From an uncultured virus (IMG/VR IMGVR_UViG_3300006217_000024) (Duplodnaviria; Heunggongvirae; Uroviricota; Caudoviricetes): a DNA stretch of 20,000 bases. The translations under genes were made by a program, and so were the position numbers. This document shows, in pieces, positions 6,753 through 14,410 of the stretch. How positions within the stretch are numbered: position 1 is the stretch's first letter; each line of letters begins with the position of its first letter. Under the pieces are notes generated by a model. The model did not search any database and was not told where the DNA came from. It saw nothing but the letters and a program-made list of their open reading frames with translations. The stretch lies in IMG/VR virus record IMGVR_UViG_3300006217_000024. One strand, 5' to 3'.

Positions 6753-7007
6753 ACGATGTTACATGGTTTCTAGATTGAGAATAATCTTTTACTGGTGATT
6801 CATTACGAAATGGAGCAGTTCAGCGCAGTCTTGAAAACTGTTGAAGGGAAACCTTCCGTGGGTTCGAATCCTACTTCCTCCGCCAGGTTTGACCAGTTCA
6901 GGATATGTTTTTCGTCCTTCACCTCAAATGCCCTTTACTGCGTACAAACGTACTGTTTTTACCAGTTTTTACCCTCGTTTACCAGTTAATGTTACACGAT
7001 GTTACAT
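6753..7007. other. attP region with arm-type repeats
   Basis: ACGATGTTACAT at 6753-6764 and 6996-7007; TTTACC at 6958, 6968 and 6978 (10-bp phasing); AT-rich; surrounds the tRNA fragment. Confidence 0.75.
6825..6885 (+). tRNA. 3' fragment of tRNA-Ser(TGA), attP core; not a complete tRNA
   Basis: Anticodon arm GCAGT-CT-TGA-AA-ACTGT, long variable arm GAAGG-GAAA-CCTTC, T arm GTGGG-TTCGAAT-CCTAC, 3' end TTCCTCC-G-CCA; no D arm upstream. Confidence 0.88.
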
Positions 7008-8162
7008 CTTGAATGCCTTGGCAGTCTCCCTTTTGATGTGCGCTGAGAGGTTATCAGCAAGCATCAAGGCGCCACTCCTTGTGAGCTCTTGATAGTTAGC
7101 TCCGCGCGTGGTGCCATCCGAATGACCCATTGCCAAAGATACAAGCGAATCCTCAGATCCAGCGTCTCCTTGCATTGTTGACCATGATTTCCTCAGCTTC
7201 CCTGGGTTGACGTACTTGATCCCCTTCTTGCCGCAAGAGGACTTGTATTTCGATGACACAGTAGCTGGGTTCGTATAATGCTCAGCGAGGTATATCCCAT
7301 CCTCGCAGGACTTTCCGCTCGGACAGAGAGGACCGCTCTCGGGGAGGATCTCGGCAATCCGGATGGAAAATGGCTCACCTAAAGCTACCACGCGCTTGCA
7401 GTACCTCTCATCAGTCTTAGTCTCCTTGAGGACCCTCCCATGGCGTGAGGATACGAGGGCCTTGTTGATATCAATTAGAAAGTAAAGATGCCCCTCCTGC
7501 TCTAGCCATGTGAAATCCTCAGCCAAAAGCGCACAGGCCTCCTCTACGCGAGGCCCACATCCAGCCTCAGTGAGCAGCAGGGCCTCATACTTGATGCCCC
7601 TTATGGATTTCATCCAGTCAATGACCTCATGGGCCTGGAGTAAAGGCCTTGCCTTAGGGACAGCTTTCTTCCGGTAAACGTACCTCGTACAAGGATTAGC
7701 CATATCCACCTTCTCGTGATGGATAGCGAGATTGATCATCTTCCGCCACAGGGAAAAGGCGGATTTTTGGACCCAGGGAGAATCTATCTCAGCTAGTACC
7801 TCTTCCACGCGTAGGCCGGTGGTCTCATGCACGATATCCTTAGCTATCCGAGGCTCTAGTTCCTTCTCCCAGACGCGGATGTTGTCTTCGCGAGTCCTTA
7901 TAGCAAGATCATACTTATCGAATGATGGGACTATCACCCCGCCCCAAAGCTCCTCATAGGTCATATCAGGGAGTACTCCCCCGCGCTGGATGTAGATCTT
8001 GGCTAGTTCAAGCTCAGCGTCTTCCCAGGTGCCATAGATGGTCTTGGAGGGCTGGCTCCTCTTGCCGTTCGGCTTTATATCGCCTTCCCACCAGATGCGG
8101 TGCTTCTCTTCTGGGATCAATTCCTCGATATGACCCCAGCGGACCTTGTTCCGCTTCGCCAT
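7002..8162 (-). CDS. int: Phage tyrosine integrase
   Basis: 386 aa; GPRVEEACAL (R), ETKT (K), KLRK (variant HxxR), MGH, ANY (Y); adjacent to attP. Confidence 0.9.
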   Translation of the reverse strand: MAKRNKVRWGHIEELIPEEKHRIWWEGDIKPNGKRSQPSKTIYGTWEDAELELAKIYIQRGGVLPDMTYEELWGGVIVPSFDKYDLAIRTREDNIRVWEKELEPRIAKDIVHETTGLRVEEVLAEIDSPWVQKSAFSLWRKMINLAIHHEKVDMANPCTRYVYRKKAVPKARPLLQAHEVIDWMKSIRGIKYEALLLTEAGCGPRVEEACALLAEDFTWLEQEGHLYFLIDINKALVSSRHGRVLKETKTDERYCKRVVALGEPFSIRIAEILPESGPLCPSGKSCEDGIYLAEHYTNPATVSSKYKSSCGKKGIKYVNPGKLRKSWSTMQGDAGSEDSLVSLAMGHSDGTTRGANYQELTRSGALMLADNLSAHIKRETAKAFKM

Positions 8163-8204
8163 GATACAATGCTCCTGCCTGGCCCTTTATGGGCCACTAT
8201 GCCT

Positions 8205-8288
8205 GGAGCCCCGCCTGATCCGCCAAGATTGCAGCGGGGCTTCGCTTATATATGCGACACCTTCCCTACCCTACTCAAGGTAGGAAGG
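8205..8288 (-). terminator. Two hairpins upstream of int (terminator/regulatory)
   Basis: AGCCCCGC 8207-8214 pairs with GCGGGGCT 8234-8241; CCTTCCCTACC 8260-8270 pairs with GGTAGGAAGG 8279-8288. Confidence 0.55.
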
Positions 8289-8304
8289 AGCCGTCATGAA
8301 GAAC

Positions 8305-8709
8305 CTATCTCTCTGGACTCTCACTATAATCAACATCGCCATATGCTGTATTTCCTTGGTCATCACCATAATCAACGTTGCCAACATCATCACTCGTATG
8401 TCCTAGCCCCACGAATGACAGGATCGACAAGATCAGCCCGAGGGTGGTCACGAAAAGCGTAGCCCCAGCAACAATATGGGCGTGGTGGTTGCTCTTTGCC
8501 TGCTTCTCCTGTTCTTCAGCAACCCTTCTTTGTTCCTCTACGACTTGCTCTAACAGTTCGCTTTGTCTCTCCTTCCATTCCCATTCAGCTTCCATGGCAG
8601 CATTTTCTGCATCTGCCCTAGCTTTGAATGCCTGAGAGATGGCGCTGGTATCCATCCTGACTTTGCCGAGGTTAAGGTTGAGCGACGGAATGTCATTCAT
8701 ACCACCCAC
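8305..8709 (-). CDS. Coiled-coil single-TM moron protein
   Basis: RBS GAGGT; charged coiled coil, hydrophobic helix, acidic tail. Confidence 0.7.
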   Translation of the reverse strand: MGGMNDIPSLNLNLGKVRMDTSAISQAFKARADAENAAMEAEWEWKERQSELLEQVVEEQRRVAEEQEKQAKSNHHAHIVAGATLFVTTLGLILSILSFVGLGHTSDDVGNVDYGDDQGNTAYGDVDYSESPER

Positions 8710-8751
8710 ACTACCTCACTTCTCCGCTAGCTTGGAACCAAACGACCTTGT

Positions 8752-9510
8752 CTAGCTGATGTGACCAGGCGGCCCACCAGCACGCCCTATCTGCTTTGGT
8801 CCATGTATGCGTTCGTATTCCTGCCGCTTCTGCTCTTGGATGATCTCCCAATCCTCTTCATGCGTGTGGCAGTAGAACCACCATTTGAGCGGAATCCGAT
8901 CATATGCGCGGTCCGGAATTCGCTCTTCTCTCGGGTCATATACAGAATGGATTCTATAATCGTCTTCGGAGATGAGCTCGAACTCGCGTATGCCATGCTC
9001 GTATACCTCTTTCGCTTTTTCCGAAGGGGTAAGGCGCACCATTTCACCCTCCATGTGCTGATCACCCAAAATCAGAACATCTCCGTAATCATGTTTTGAT
9101 TCAATGTTCTTAAGATATGAGCGAAGGAAATATACGGCTCCACGACCTATCATTGCATGAAGCACTTCACGCTCTATGGTTGTGAGATGGTTAAAGGTAG
9201 AAGAGATGTCCCTTAGATGGTCATCCTGTTTTCTTTGTATGCGCTCCTGCTCTCTTCGTTCCTCTTCCATGCGCATTCGTTCTGATTCGCCGTCCTGCTT
9301 TTCCTTCTCAACAGCAGCAGCTTTCTTGGCTTCTGAATCAACGAGAAGCCCGTGCAAGCCCCATCCTGCGACTACACCTGCGATAGTCGTTATAAAAGGC
9401 AATGCTGGATAGGCTGTTGATATTGCTTCTTCGGGCGAAAGACCAAGCCAGAACGCAATCGTTCCCACATCCACAATGAAGCCTATTATGGTCATGGCCT
9501 TGTAGATCAC
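8752..9510 (-). CDS. Membrane-anchored moron protein (two N-terminal TM segments), co-transcribed with the repressor
   Basis: Start abuts the repressor stop; RBS GGAGGT; two hydrophobic helices, coiled coil, then a globular domain. Confidence 0.75.
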   Translation of the reverse strand: MIYKAMTIIGFIVDVGTIAFWLGLSPEEAISTAYPALPFITTIAGVVAGWGLHGLLVDSEAKKAAAVEKEKQDGESERMRMEEERREQERIQRKQDDHLRDISSTFNHLTTIEREVLHAMIGRGAVYFLRSYLKNIESKHDYGDVLILGDQHMEGEMVRLTPSEKAKEVYEHGIREFELISEDDYRIHSVYDPREERIPDRAYDRIPLKWWFYCHTHEEDWEIIQEQKRQEYERIHGPKQIGRAGGPPGHIS

Positions 9511-9933
9511 TTACGCTACCTCTTCCACTTCGGGCGAAACTTGTATAGATTCCTCCCTATCTTTTTCGATACGGACGGAATCACCGTCCGACATAAGCCT
9601 TGCCGTTTGCACTAAAGCACCGCGCCCCACCTTGTTCATGGACTCGAAGTAGCCGTTGAGGGCTTCTTGGTCCGGGTCGGAATAGATGCGCTGTTCTGGT
9701 GGCGTACGTCCTCCCAATTCGTCGAGAGTGCAATTAAGGGCATCCGCAAACTTCCAAGCCTTTTCATATGAAAAAGACACAAGCCCCTGTTCATATTGAG
9801 TATATGTATTCGGGTTGATACCCAAGTGCTTCGCAAAAGCTTTCGCACTTTTGTAGCCTGCCTCTTTCCTCTTCTTCTGAAGATGCGAGCCTATTTGTTT
9901 CAAGTCCGTTTTAGTGGTCATAAAAAGCTCCAT
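9511..9933 (-). CDS. CI-like XRE-family repressor (alternative start 9921)
   Basis: 'LQKKRKEAGYKSAKAFAKHLGINPNTYTQYEQG...FADALNCTLDEL' HTH; transcribed towards int, divergent from the early genes. Confidence 0.9.
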   Translation of the reverse strand: MELFMTTKTDLKQIGSHLQKKRKEAGYKSAKAFAKHLGINPNTYTQYEQGLVSFSYEKAWKFADALNCTLDELGGRTPPEQRIYSDPDQEALNGYFESMNKVGRGALVQTARLMSDGDSVRIEKDREESIQVSPEVEEVA

Positions 9934-10058
9934 CCTTTTTCACATAACTAAATCTTAGACAGAATGTAGAAAAATATCAAGTAAACCACTAAAAATATAT
10001 TGACATCATTTTGTTTAATCACTATATTTGCTTTAGAAAGTTTGTTAGGTCACTAAAA
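9909..10058. promoter_or_regulatory. Lysis/lysogeny switch region: rightward promoter and operator-like repeats
   Basis: TTGACA 10000-10005, 17 bp, TATATT 10023-10028; CACTAAAA at 9909-9916(-), 9987-9994(+) and 10051-10058(+). Confidence 0.75.
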
Positions 10059-10071
10059 AGTACCTTGAAAG

Positions 10072-10127
10072 CTGAATATCTCGAACGATGACCTCCGTTT
10101 CCGGTGGTCATCGTTCGAGATATTCAG
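10072..10127 (+). repeat. Perfect 22-bp inverted repeat (long hairpin) in the early leader
   Basis: CTGAATATCTCGAACGATGACC 10072-10093 is the exact reverse complement of 10106-10127. Confidence 0.9.
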
Positions 10128-10155
10128 TACATGAGAGACAGATTAGGAGCCACCC

Positions 10156-10383
10156 ATGAAGCGCATGACCACCGAGAAGTTCTATGAAACTTGCGAAGAG
10201 TATTACACCCTCGTCCATGACTGTGGGATGAAGGCCGAGGAAGCCCTCGAAGAAGTGAAGCAATGGCTCAAGAGCACGAAGATCTACGGCTTCTCGGAGA
10301 TGTTGACGAAATTCGGGATTGGAACGCATGAGGAGCTTTATCGCTATGGCGGTCAGCTTGCAGGCGAGATAGCAGCGTTCTGA
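10156..10383 (+). CDS. Hypothetical early protein
   Basis: RBS AGGAG; first ORF of the rightward operon. Confidence 0.75.
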   Translation: MKRMTTEKFYETCEEYYTLVHDCGMKAEEALEEVKQWLKSTKIYGFSEMLTKFGIGTHEELYRYGGQLAGEIAAF

Positions 10384-10398
10384 AGGAGTTGAGGAGCC

Positions 10399-10560
10399 AT
10401 GCCGATGATCTTGATCCAACTCACCCTCGTAGCTGCCGGTTTCTACCTCGGAGGCCCAGCCACGAAAGCAGGAGGAGCGTTCCTCTTGGCCGGAGTGGCG
10501 GCGTTCGGAATCGCTGTCGGCTGGTGGGCGTACGGAAAAGCGAAAGGAGGAAACCGATGA
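10399..10560 (+). CDS. Small membrane protein (53 aa, MPMILIQLTLVAAGFYLGG...WWAYGKAKGGNR)
   Basis: Translated by hand; RBS GAGGAG; ATGA overlap with the Cro-like gene; not in the ORF track. Confidence 0.65.
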   Translation: MPMILIQLTLVAAGFYLGGPATKAGGAFLLAGVAAFGIAVGWWAYGKAKGGNR

Positions 10561-10778
10561 AGTTCAACATGGAAACTATGGGTGCGAACATCCGCCGCCT
10601 GCGCCGGGCGAAGGACTGGACGCAAGAGGAACTAGCAGATCGTCTTGATGTGAGCGCGGCTTCCATCATCAACTATGAAAACGGCAAGGGAAGCCCCAGC
10701 TATCAAGTTGCATGGAAGATGTGTGATCTGTTCGGGGTCACCCTAGATGCGCTAGGCAGCCGTCAGACAGCGGCATAA
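10557..10778 (+). CDS. Cro-like XRE HTH regulator
   Basis: RBS AAAGGAGG; 'NIRRLRRAKDWTQEELADRLDVSAASIINYENG'. Confidence 0.9.
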   Translation: MKFNMETMGANIRRLRRAKDWTQEELADRLDVSAASIINYENGKGSPSYQVAWKMCDLFGVTLDALGSRQTAA

Positions 10779-10839
10779 CACCAACTTTTGCACCTTGACA
10801 TCGTGATTACAGGAAAGCGGCTACCGAAAGGAGCTGCCT

Positions 10840-11004
10840 ATGGAAGAGAACGAATACCTGCGCGCCTGCAAGCGCCTGCCGACCAAAGACCTCGTTGAAG
10901 AGCTTCGGTGCAGAGAGGGCGTAGAGGCTTCCATGCTTGCCGTGGATGTGGAAGCCTCAGTGAAGGTGTCAGGTCCTGCGATCGTGCTCGTCGTCATCGA
11001 CTAG
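10840..11004 (+). CDS. BC1881-like small protein (54 aa)
   Basis: Translated by hand: 'TKDLVEELRCREGVE...VSGPAIVLVVID'; RBS GAAAGGAG; convergent with KTSC. Confidence 0.7.
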   Translation: MEENEYLRACKRLPTKDLVEELRCREGVEASMLAVDVEASVKVSGPAIVLVVID

Positions 11005-11207
11005 CCGATCCGGGCGTACGGATAGCAGCCCTTGATGTTCGCGTGGAAGTACCTCCCGTGCGAGCTTGCGGCTATCAAGGCGTGATAGACCGATTCGGGC
11101 ACACCGGAGTACTGATAAAGGCCCCCGGAGTTGAAGCGGATATAGAGAGCGCCGTTCTCATATCCGACCGCGTTCAGATCGCTGGAGCTGACGTGCTGCA
11201 TCTGCAT
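11001..11207 (-). CDS. KTSC domain protein
   Basis: 'VSSSDLNAVGYENGALYIRFNSGGLYQYSGVPESVYHALIAASSHGRYFHANIKG'; RBS GGAGGT. Confidence 0.92.
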   Translation of the reverse strand: MQMQHVSSSDLNAVGYENGALYIRFNSGGLYQYSGVPESVYHALIAASSHGRYFHANIKGCYPYARIG

Positions 11208-11314
11208 GGTCCCCACCTCCTTCCAGACGGAAGGATACCACCCGCTTTCCTGTATTCACGATGTCGAGAAGGCAAGTAAGAGTTTTTCAGAATTGCACTT
11301 TGAAAGGAGAACCG

Positions 11315-11491
11315 TTGGTAACCATAACTATCTCGGCAGACACAACGGAAGAGGCAGTTTCGACTTTGCGCGCCATCACAGAGCCGAAACTGCTGATCAA
11401 CAAGAAGGATCTCGCTCAACTCGTTACGAATTCACCCACTCGTGGTAACGACGAAGATGGAACAGCATCTCCTGAACGGAGATATCTCTAA
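11315..11491 (+). CDS. Small hypothetical protein
   Basis: TTG start after GAAAGGAG; 3' end overlaps an antisense gene. Confidence 0.45.
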   Translation: MVTITISADTTEEAVSTLRAITEPKLLINKKDLAQLVTNSPTRGNDEDGTASPERRYL

Positions 11492-11633
11492 TGGCGCAAG
11501 CGAGAGCCTGCATATCCATACCACCATCAGCATTCATTCGGCTTTCGATCAGGTCCTGGATCTTATCTTTCTGCACCTCAGAAAGCCCTTGTTCGTTAAC
11601 GAGCGTAATGAAGTCATCGAAGTTCTTAGCCAT
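11424..11633 (-). CDS. Small hypothetical protein (MAKNFDDF...LRRYHEWV)
   Basis: Strong RBS GGGAGGT; helical protein-like composition. Confidence 0.7.
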   Translation of the reverse strand: MAKNFDDFITLVNEQGLSEVQKDKIQDLIESRMNADGGMDMQALACAIRDISVQEMLFHLRRYHEWVNS

Positions 11634-11762
11634 GTTTGCACCTCCCTTCTGGGAAGAGTGTAGCAGCAGCTCTCACGGGGTAGGTGTGGAAGCCAACGGA
11701 GCAGGACAGCACTCCATTTCGCACCCATCCCCTGAGGTCTGCTTAAGGAGAAAGGAGGAACC

Positions 11763-11984
11763 ATGGACTACCCGATCACCATGCCCACGCGCGAAGTGGC
11801 GGCACAGCTCGGCACCAATCCTGCCACGGTGCTGGAGTACGCAAGACGGAAGGAGGACCCCTTGCCCCTTCGCTACATCAAGGGCAAGCGCAATGGTGGC
11901 TTCGTCGTCACAGCAGACTTCCTCGAGTGGATAGATCGGAATACATGCAGCTACAACGAAAGGAGAGACTATGGGACAAAATAA
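11763..11984 (+). CDS. Excisionase-like HTH DNA-binding protein
   Basis: 'MPTREVAAQLGTNPATVLEYARR...FLEWI'; RBS AAAGGAGG. Confidence 0.7.
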   Translation: MDYPITMPTREVAAQLGTNPATVLEYARRKEDPLPLRYIKGKRNGGFVVTADFLEWIDRNTCSYNERRDYGTK

Positions 11985-12147
11985 TGTGCGGCCGCCCGTC
12001 CAAAGCATGCCGCACAATGCCAGAGGCACGTTCATGGTAACACGTGAGCGCCGGGAAGACCTCCGGAACACCGCTATAGCCATTGGCATGGCGTTAGGGA
12101 TGGTGGCACTCCCCCACATTCTGGCGGCCCTGGAAAGGCTGTCATGA
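11971..12147 (+). CDS. Small protein with a C-terminal hydrophobic helix (58 aa)
   Basis: Translated by hand; RBS AAAGGAG; ATGA overlap with next gene. Confidence 0.6.
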   Translation: MGQNNVRPPVQSMPHNARGTFMVTRERREDLRNTAIAIGMALGMVALPHILAALERLS

Positions 12148-12569
12148 GCACCGCGAAAACGGTCAACGTGGCTGATGCCGAAGTCTATGTGCGCTCAGCC
12201 TGTAGGTGGATCAAGCGAAATCCTGAGAAGTTCAAGCGCCTCATGCACCTCACGCATCAGCAGGTGGATAAGGGCGCTTCTTCTGTGCAGCGCGGAGATA
12301 TCTACAACCTGGCGAAGCGTGCTGGATTCTCTGTCACCGACTGCGAAGAGCTCAAGCGGAACAACAATCTCTGGGCACCTCTTGCCCGATATATGGTGAT
12401 GCTCCGTCCCCGCTTGGCACGGGTGCTGCACTTCCGCGATGCGGGATGCGACCATGTGGATATGGATGCCATCTGGCGCGAGGAGGTCAACCAGGGCACT
12501 ACATTCCTTGCTCCCAACTGGCAGGCCGCGAAGCGTGCCTGCGAAGAGGGATGCGTGAGCGCAGCATGA
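12144..12569 (+). CDS. Hypothetical phage protein
   Basis: Coupled ATGA overlaps on both sides. Confidence 0.75.
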   Translation: MSTAKTVNVADAEVYVRSACRWIKRNPEKFKRLMHLTHQQVDKGASSVQRGDIYNLAKRAGFSVTDCEELKRNNNLWAPLARYMVMLRPRLARVLHFRDAGCDHVDMDAIWREEVNQGTTFLAPNWQAAKRACEEGCVSAA

Positions 12570-12946
12570 AGCAGTCATTCGAGATACCGGGGCGCTTGCC
12601 GGGGCTCAATGAGTACACCTCGGAGAATCGCACCCATCCCATGAGAGCAGCCAAGCAGAAGCACAACACCGAGGATATGATCAAGTGGTGTGCTAAGGCT
12701 GCTCACATCAAGCCCATGCGCTCCCCTATCCATGTGCACATCAAGTGGATAGAGCCGAACATGAGGCGGGACAAGGACAACATCCGCTTTGCCGTGAAGT
12801 ACATCTTGGATGCCTTGGTGAGCCTTGGGACCATCAAGGATGACGGCTGGAAGCAGATAGGTGGCCGTAGGCATCCAGGTATCACAGATGAATACATGGT
12901 CAACAAGTCCAATCCCCGCGTTGTGGTGGAGTTAGAGGAACTATGA
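12566..12946 (+). CDS. RusA-like Holliday junction resolvase
   Basis: 'GRLPGLNEY...RRDKDNI...KYILDALV..GTIKDD...NPRVVVELEE'. Confidence 0.85.
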   Translation: MKQSFEIPGRLPGLNEYTSENRTHPMRAAKQKHNTEDMIKWCAKAAHIKPMRSPIHVHIKWIEPNMRRDKDNIRFAVKYILDALVSLGTIKDDGWKQIGGRRHPGITDEYMVNKSNPRVVVELEEL

Positions 12947-13476
12947 CGCGGATGGACTGGACCACGGCAGAAGTTGCCTACCTCGTTGAGAATGCAGGAC
13001 GTATCCCCAAGCGTGAGATCTGTAAGTATCTGAAGCGTCGCTCCGAATCGGTGAAGCAAAAGGCCAAGGCACTCCGAGCGCAAGGCATCCCGGTTGATCT
13101 CCGATGCTACCGCCCGAAGCTGGAGGCTTGCCCTGCCTGTGGGTGCATGAGGTCAACGCTTGGAAAGCACGGGATATGCGAGGTGTGCAGAAAGCGTGCC
13201 CAACTCACAGCCATACATTCCCGCATCTCACGCCTTCTGCATCAGATTCCCTTCGAGGAGCGCGAGAGATACGCAGAGACCGAGGCTGAGACTGAAAGCG
13301 CGAATGATCCGATGCCTCGCTCCCCCAGCCTAGAAGGACTCTCCTATTACGCAACATGTAAGGCTAAGGAAGCACGTGACCGGGCTATGGAAGCCTGGCA
13401 GATCCGCAATCTGACACGTCAGGTAAAGGCGGCCCAGAAGCGCAAAGAGCGCATCCAGAAAAAGGCAAATCGTTGA
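12943..13476 (+). CDS. Hypothetical protein with HTH/Myb-like N-terminus and CxxC...CxxC
   Basis: 'WTTAEVAYL...EICKYLKRRSESVKQKA'; CPAC and CEVC. Confidence 0.7.
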   Translation: MTRMDWTTAEVAYLVENAGRIPKREICKYLKRRSESVKQKAKALRAQGIPVDLRCYRPKLEACPACGCMRSTLGKHGICEVCRKRAQLTAIHSRISRLLHQIPFEERERYAETEAETESANDPMPRSPSLEGLSYYATCKAKEARDRAMEAWQIRNLTRQVKAAQKRKERIQKKANR

Positions 13477-13512
13477 CACCTTGCGCCCTGAACTGGAAAG
13501 AAAGGAGCACTG

Positions 13513-13827
13513 ATGGCACGCGAGAATCTTAAAACCGCCCGTAATGACAAGGGCATGACCCAGCAGCAGGTAGCGGATCACTTGGGGATCAGCCTGAGGT
13601 ATTACCAGATGCTCGAATCTGGGGACTTCAACGGGAGATATGAACTCTGGGACGCCTTAGAGGACTTGTTTCAGGTACATCAACGGAAACTCCGAGAGAT
13701 GCAAGGTAATCATCCCGTTCAAGCAGCCAATCGGTTGGAACCTCAAACAGGTCAGCGATCCGCACAAGCGTCGTTAGAGGCGGTGCAGTGCGCCCTTGTT
13801 CGTAGTTCTGATAGGAGCGCAGGGTAA
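13513..13827 (+). CDS. XRE-family HTH regulator
   Basis: 'NLKTARNDKGMTQQQVADHLGISLRYYQMLESG'; RBS AAAGGAG. Confidence 0.85.
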   Translation: MARENLKTARNDKGMTQQQVADHLGISLRYYQMLESGDFNGRYELWDALEDLFQVHQRKLREMQGNHPVQAANRLEPQTGQRSAQASLEAVQCALVRSSDRSAG

Positions 13828-13912
13828 TGTCTAAGGCTCTTGCCATTTGCTCTTGCGTAAATCCGGAGTGCATACGCGCGCTCCGAAGCCTGTCCTTGAA
13901 GCCCATAGTCAT
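13628..13912 (-). CDS. XRE-family HTH regulator (antisense-overlapping the previous gene)
   Basis: 'RLRSARMHSGFTQEQMARALDITLRSYQNYEQGRTAPPLTTLVRIADLFEVPTDWLL'; RBS AAAGGAG. Confidence 0.85.
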   Translation of the reverse strand: MTMGFKDRLRSARMHSGFTQEQMARALDITLRSYQNYEQGRTAPPLTTLVRIADLFEVPTDWLLERDDYLASLGVSVDVPETSPLRRPRVHISR

Positions 13913-13923
13913 CCGCTCCTTCT

Positions 13924-14011
13924 TTTACGAAACATTCTAACGTGAAGCATTGTTTCTTGCTACGAAGCTTTACTTCGTGTAATGTGTGAGTACGTTATAA
14001 AGTTTCGTAAA
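13924..14011. promoter_or_regulatory. Divergent control region with nested inverted repeats
   Basis: TTTACGAAAC 13924-13933 and GTTTCGTAAA 14002-14011; inner ACGAAG 13962-13967 and CTTCGT 13973-13978; AT-rich. Confidence 0.65.
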
Positions 14012-14035
14012 TCAACACTACGTAAAGGAGGAACC

Positions 14036-14395
14036 ATGCTGACGTACATGGAACCCGTGGAGCTTCGCAAGCTGCGGCTGTTCGACAAGAGCATCTATCG
14101 CGAGTTCGCGAACAAGACACTGATCGAGTTCTTGGAGAAGGCGAAGGTTGGGGATGTATTCGAAGTGACGGGCTTCCCGGATACAGGCGAAGACCTCACG
14201 AAGCTCACCCAGAAGATCAGGCAGGCCATAGACACCGAACGATTCTATGAGGACAAGAGAAGCGTTGTGAAGGTCTTTCAGCGCAAAGGGAGGCTGTTCT
14301 TGGAACGCACCGAAACATACGAACAGCGCCAGCAACGCCTGCGAGAAGAAGAGCAGAAGCAGCACACCCCAAGGATCTTGAAACCAGCAATCTAG
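14036..14395 (+). CDS. Hypothetical protein
   Basis: RBS AAAGGAGG before ATG 14036. Confidence 0.75.
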   Translation: MLTYMEPVELRKLRLFDKSIYREFANKTLIEFLEKAKVGDVFEVTGFPDTGEDLTKLTQKIRQAIDTERFYEDKRSVVKVFQRKGRLFLERTETYEQRQQRLREEEQKQHTPRILKPAI

Positions 14396-14410
14396 AAAGG
14401 AGAAACACCC

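Noticed and set aside
6812..6885. Complete tRNA-Ser using GGAGCAG as the 5' acceptor strand
   Set aside because: Only 6 nt separate it from the anticodon stem (no D arm) and the stem has a C-C mismatch; treated as an attP fragment
5449..7001. CRISPR array or solitary repeat near the Cas11-like gene
   Set aside because: No regularly spaced repeats and nothing I can match to a type I-C repeat
10389..10556. N-terminal extension of track ORF 10389..10778
   Set aside because: A strong RBS places the Cro-like start at 10557; a separate 53-aa membrane ORF occupies this stretch
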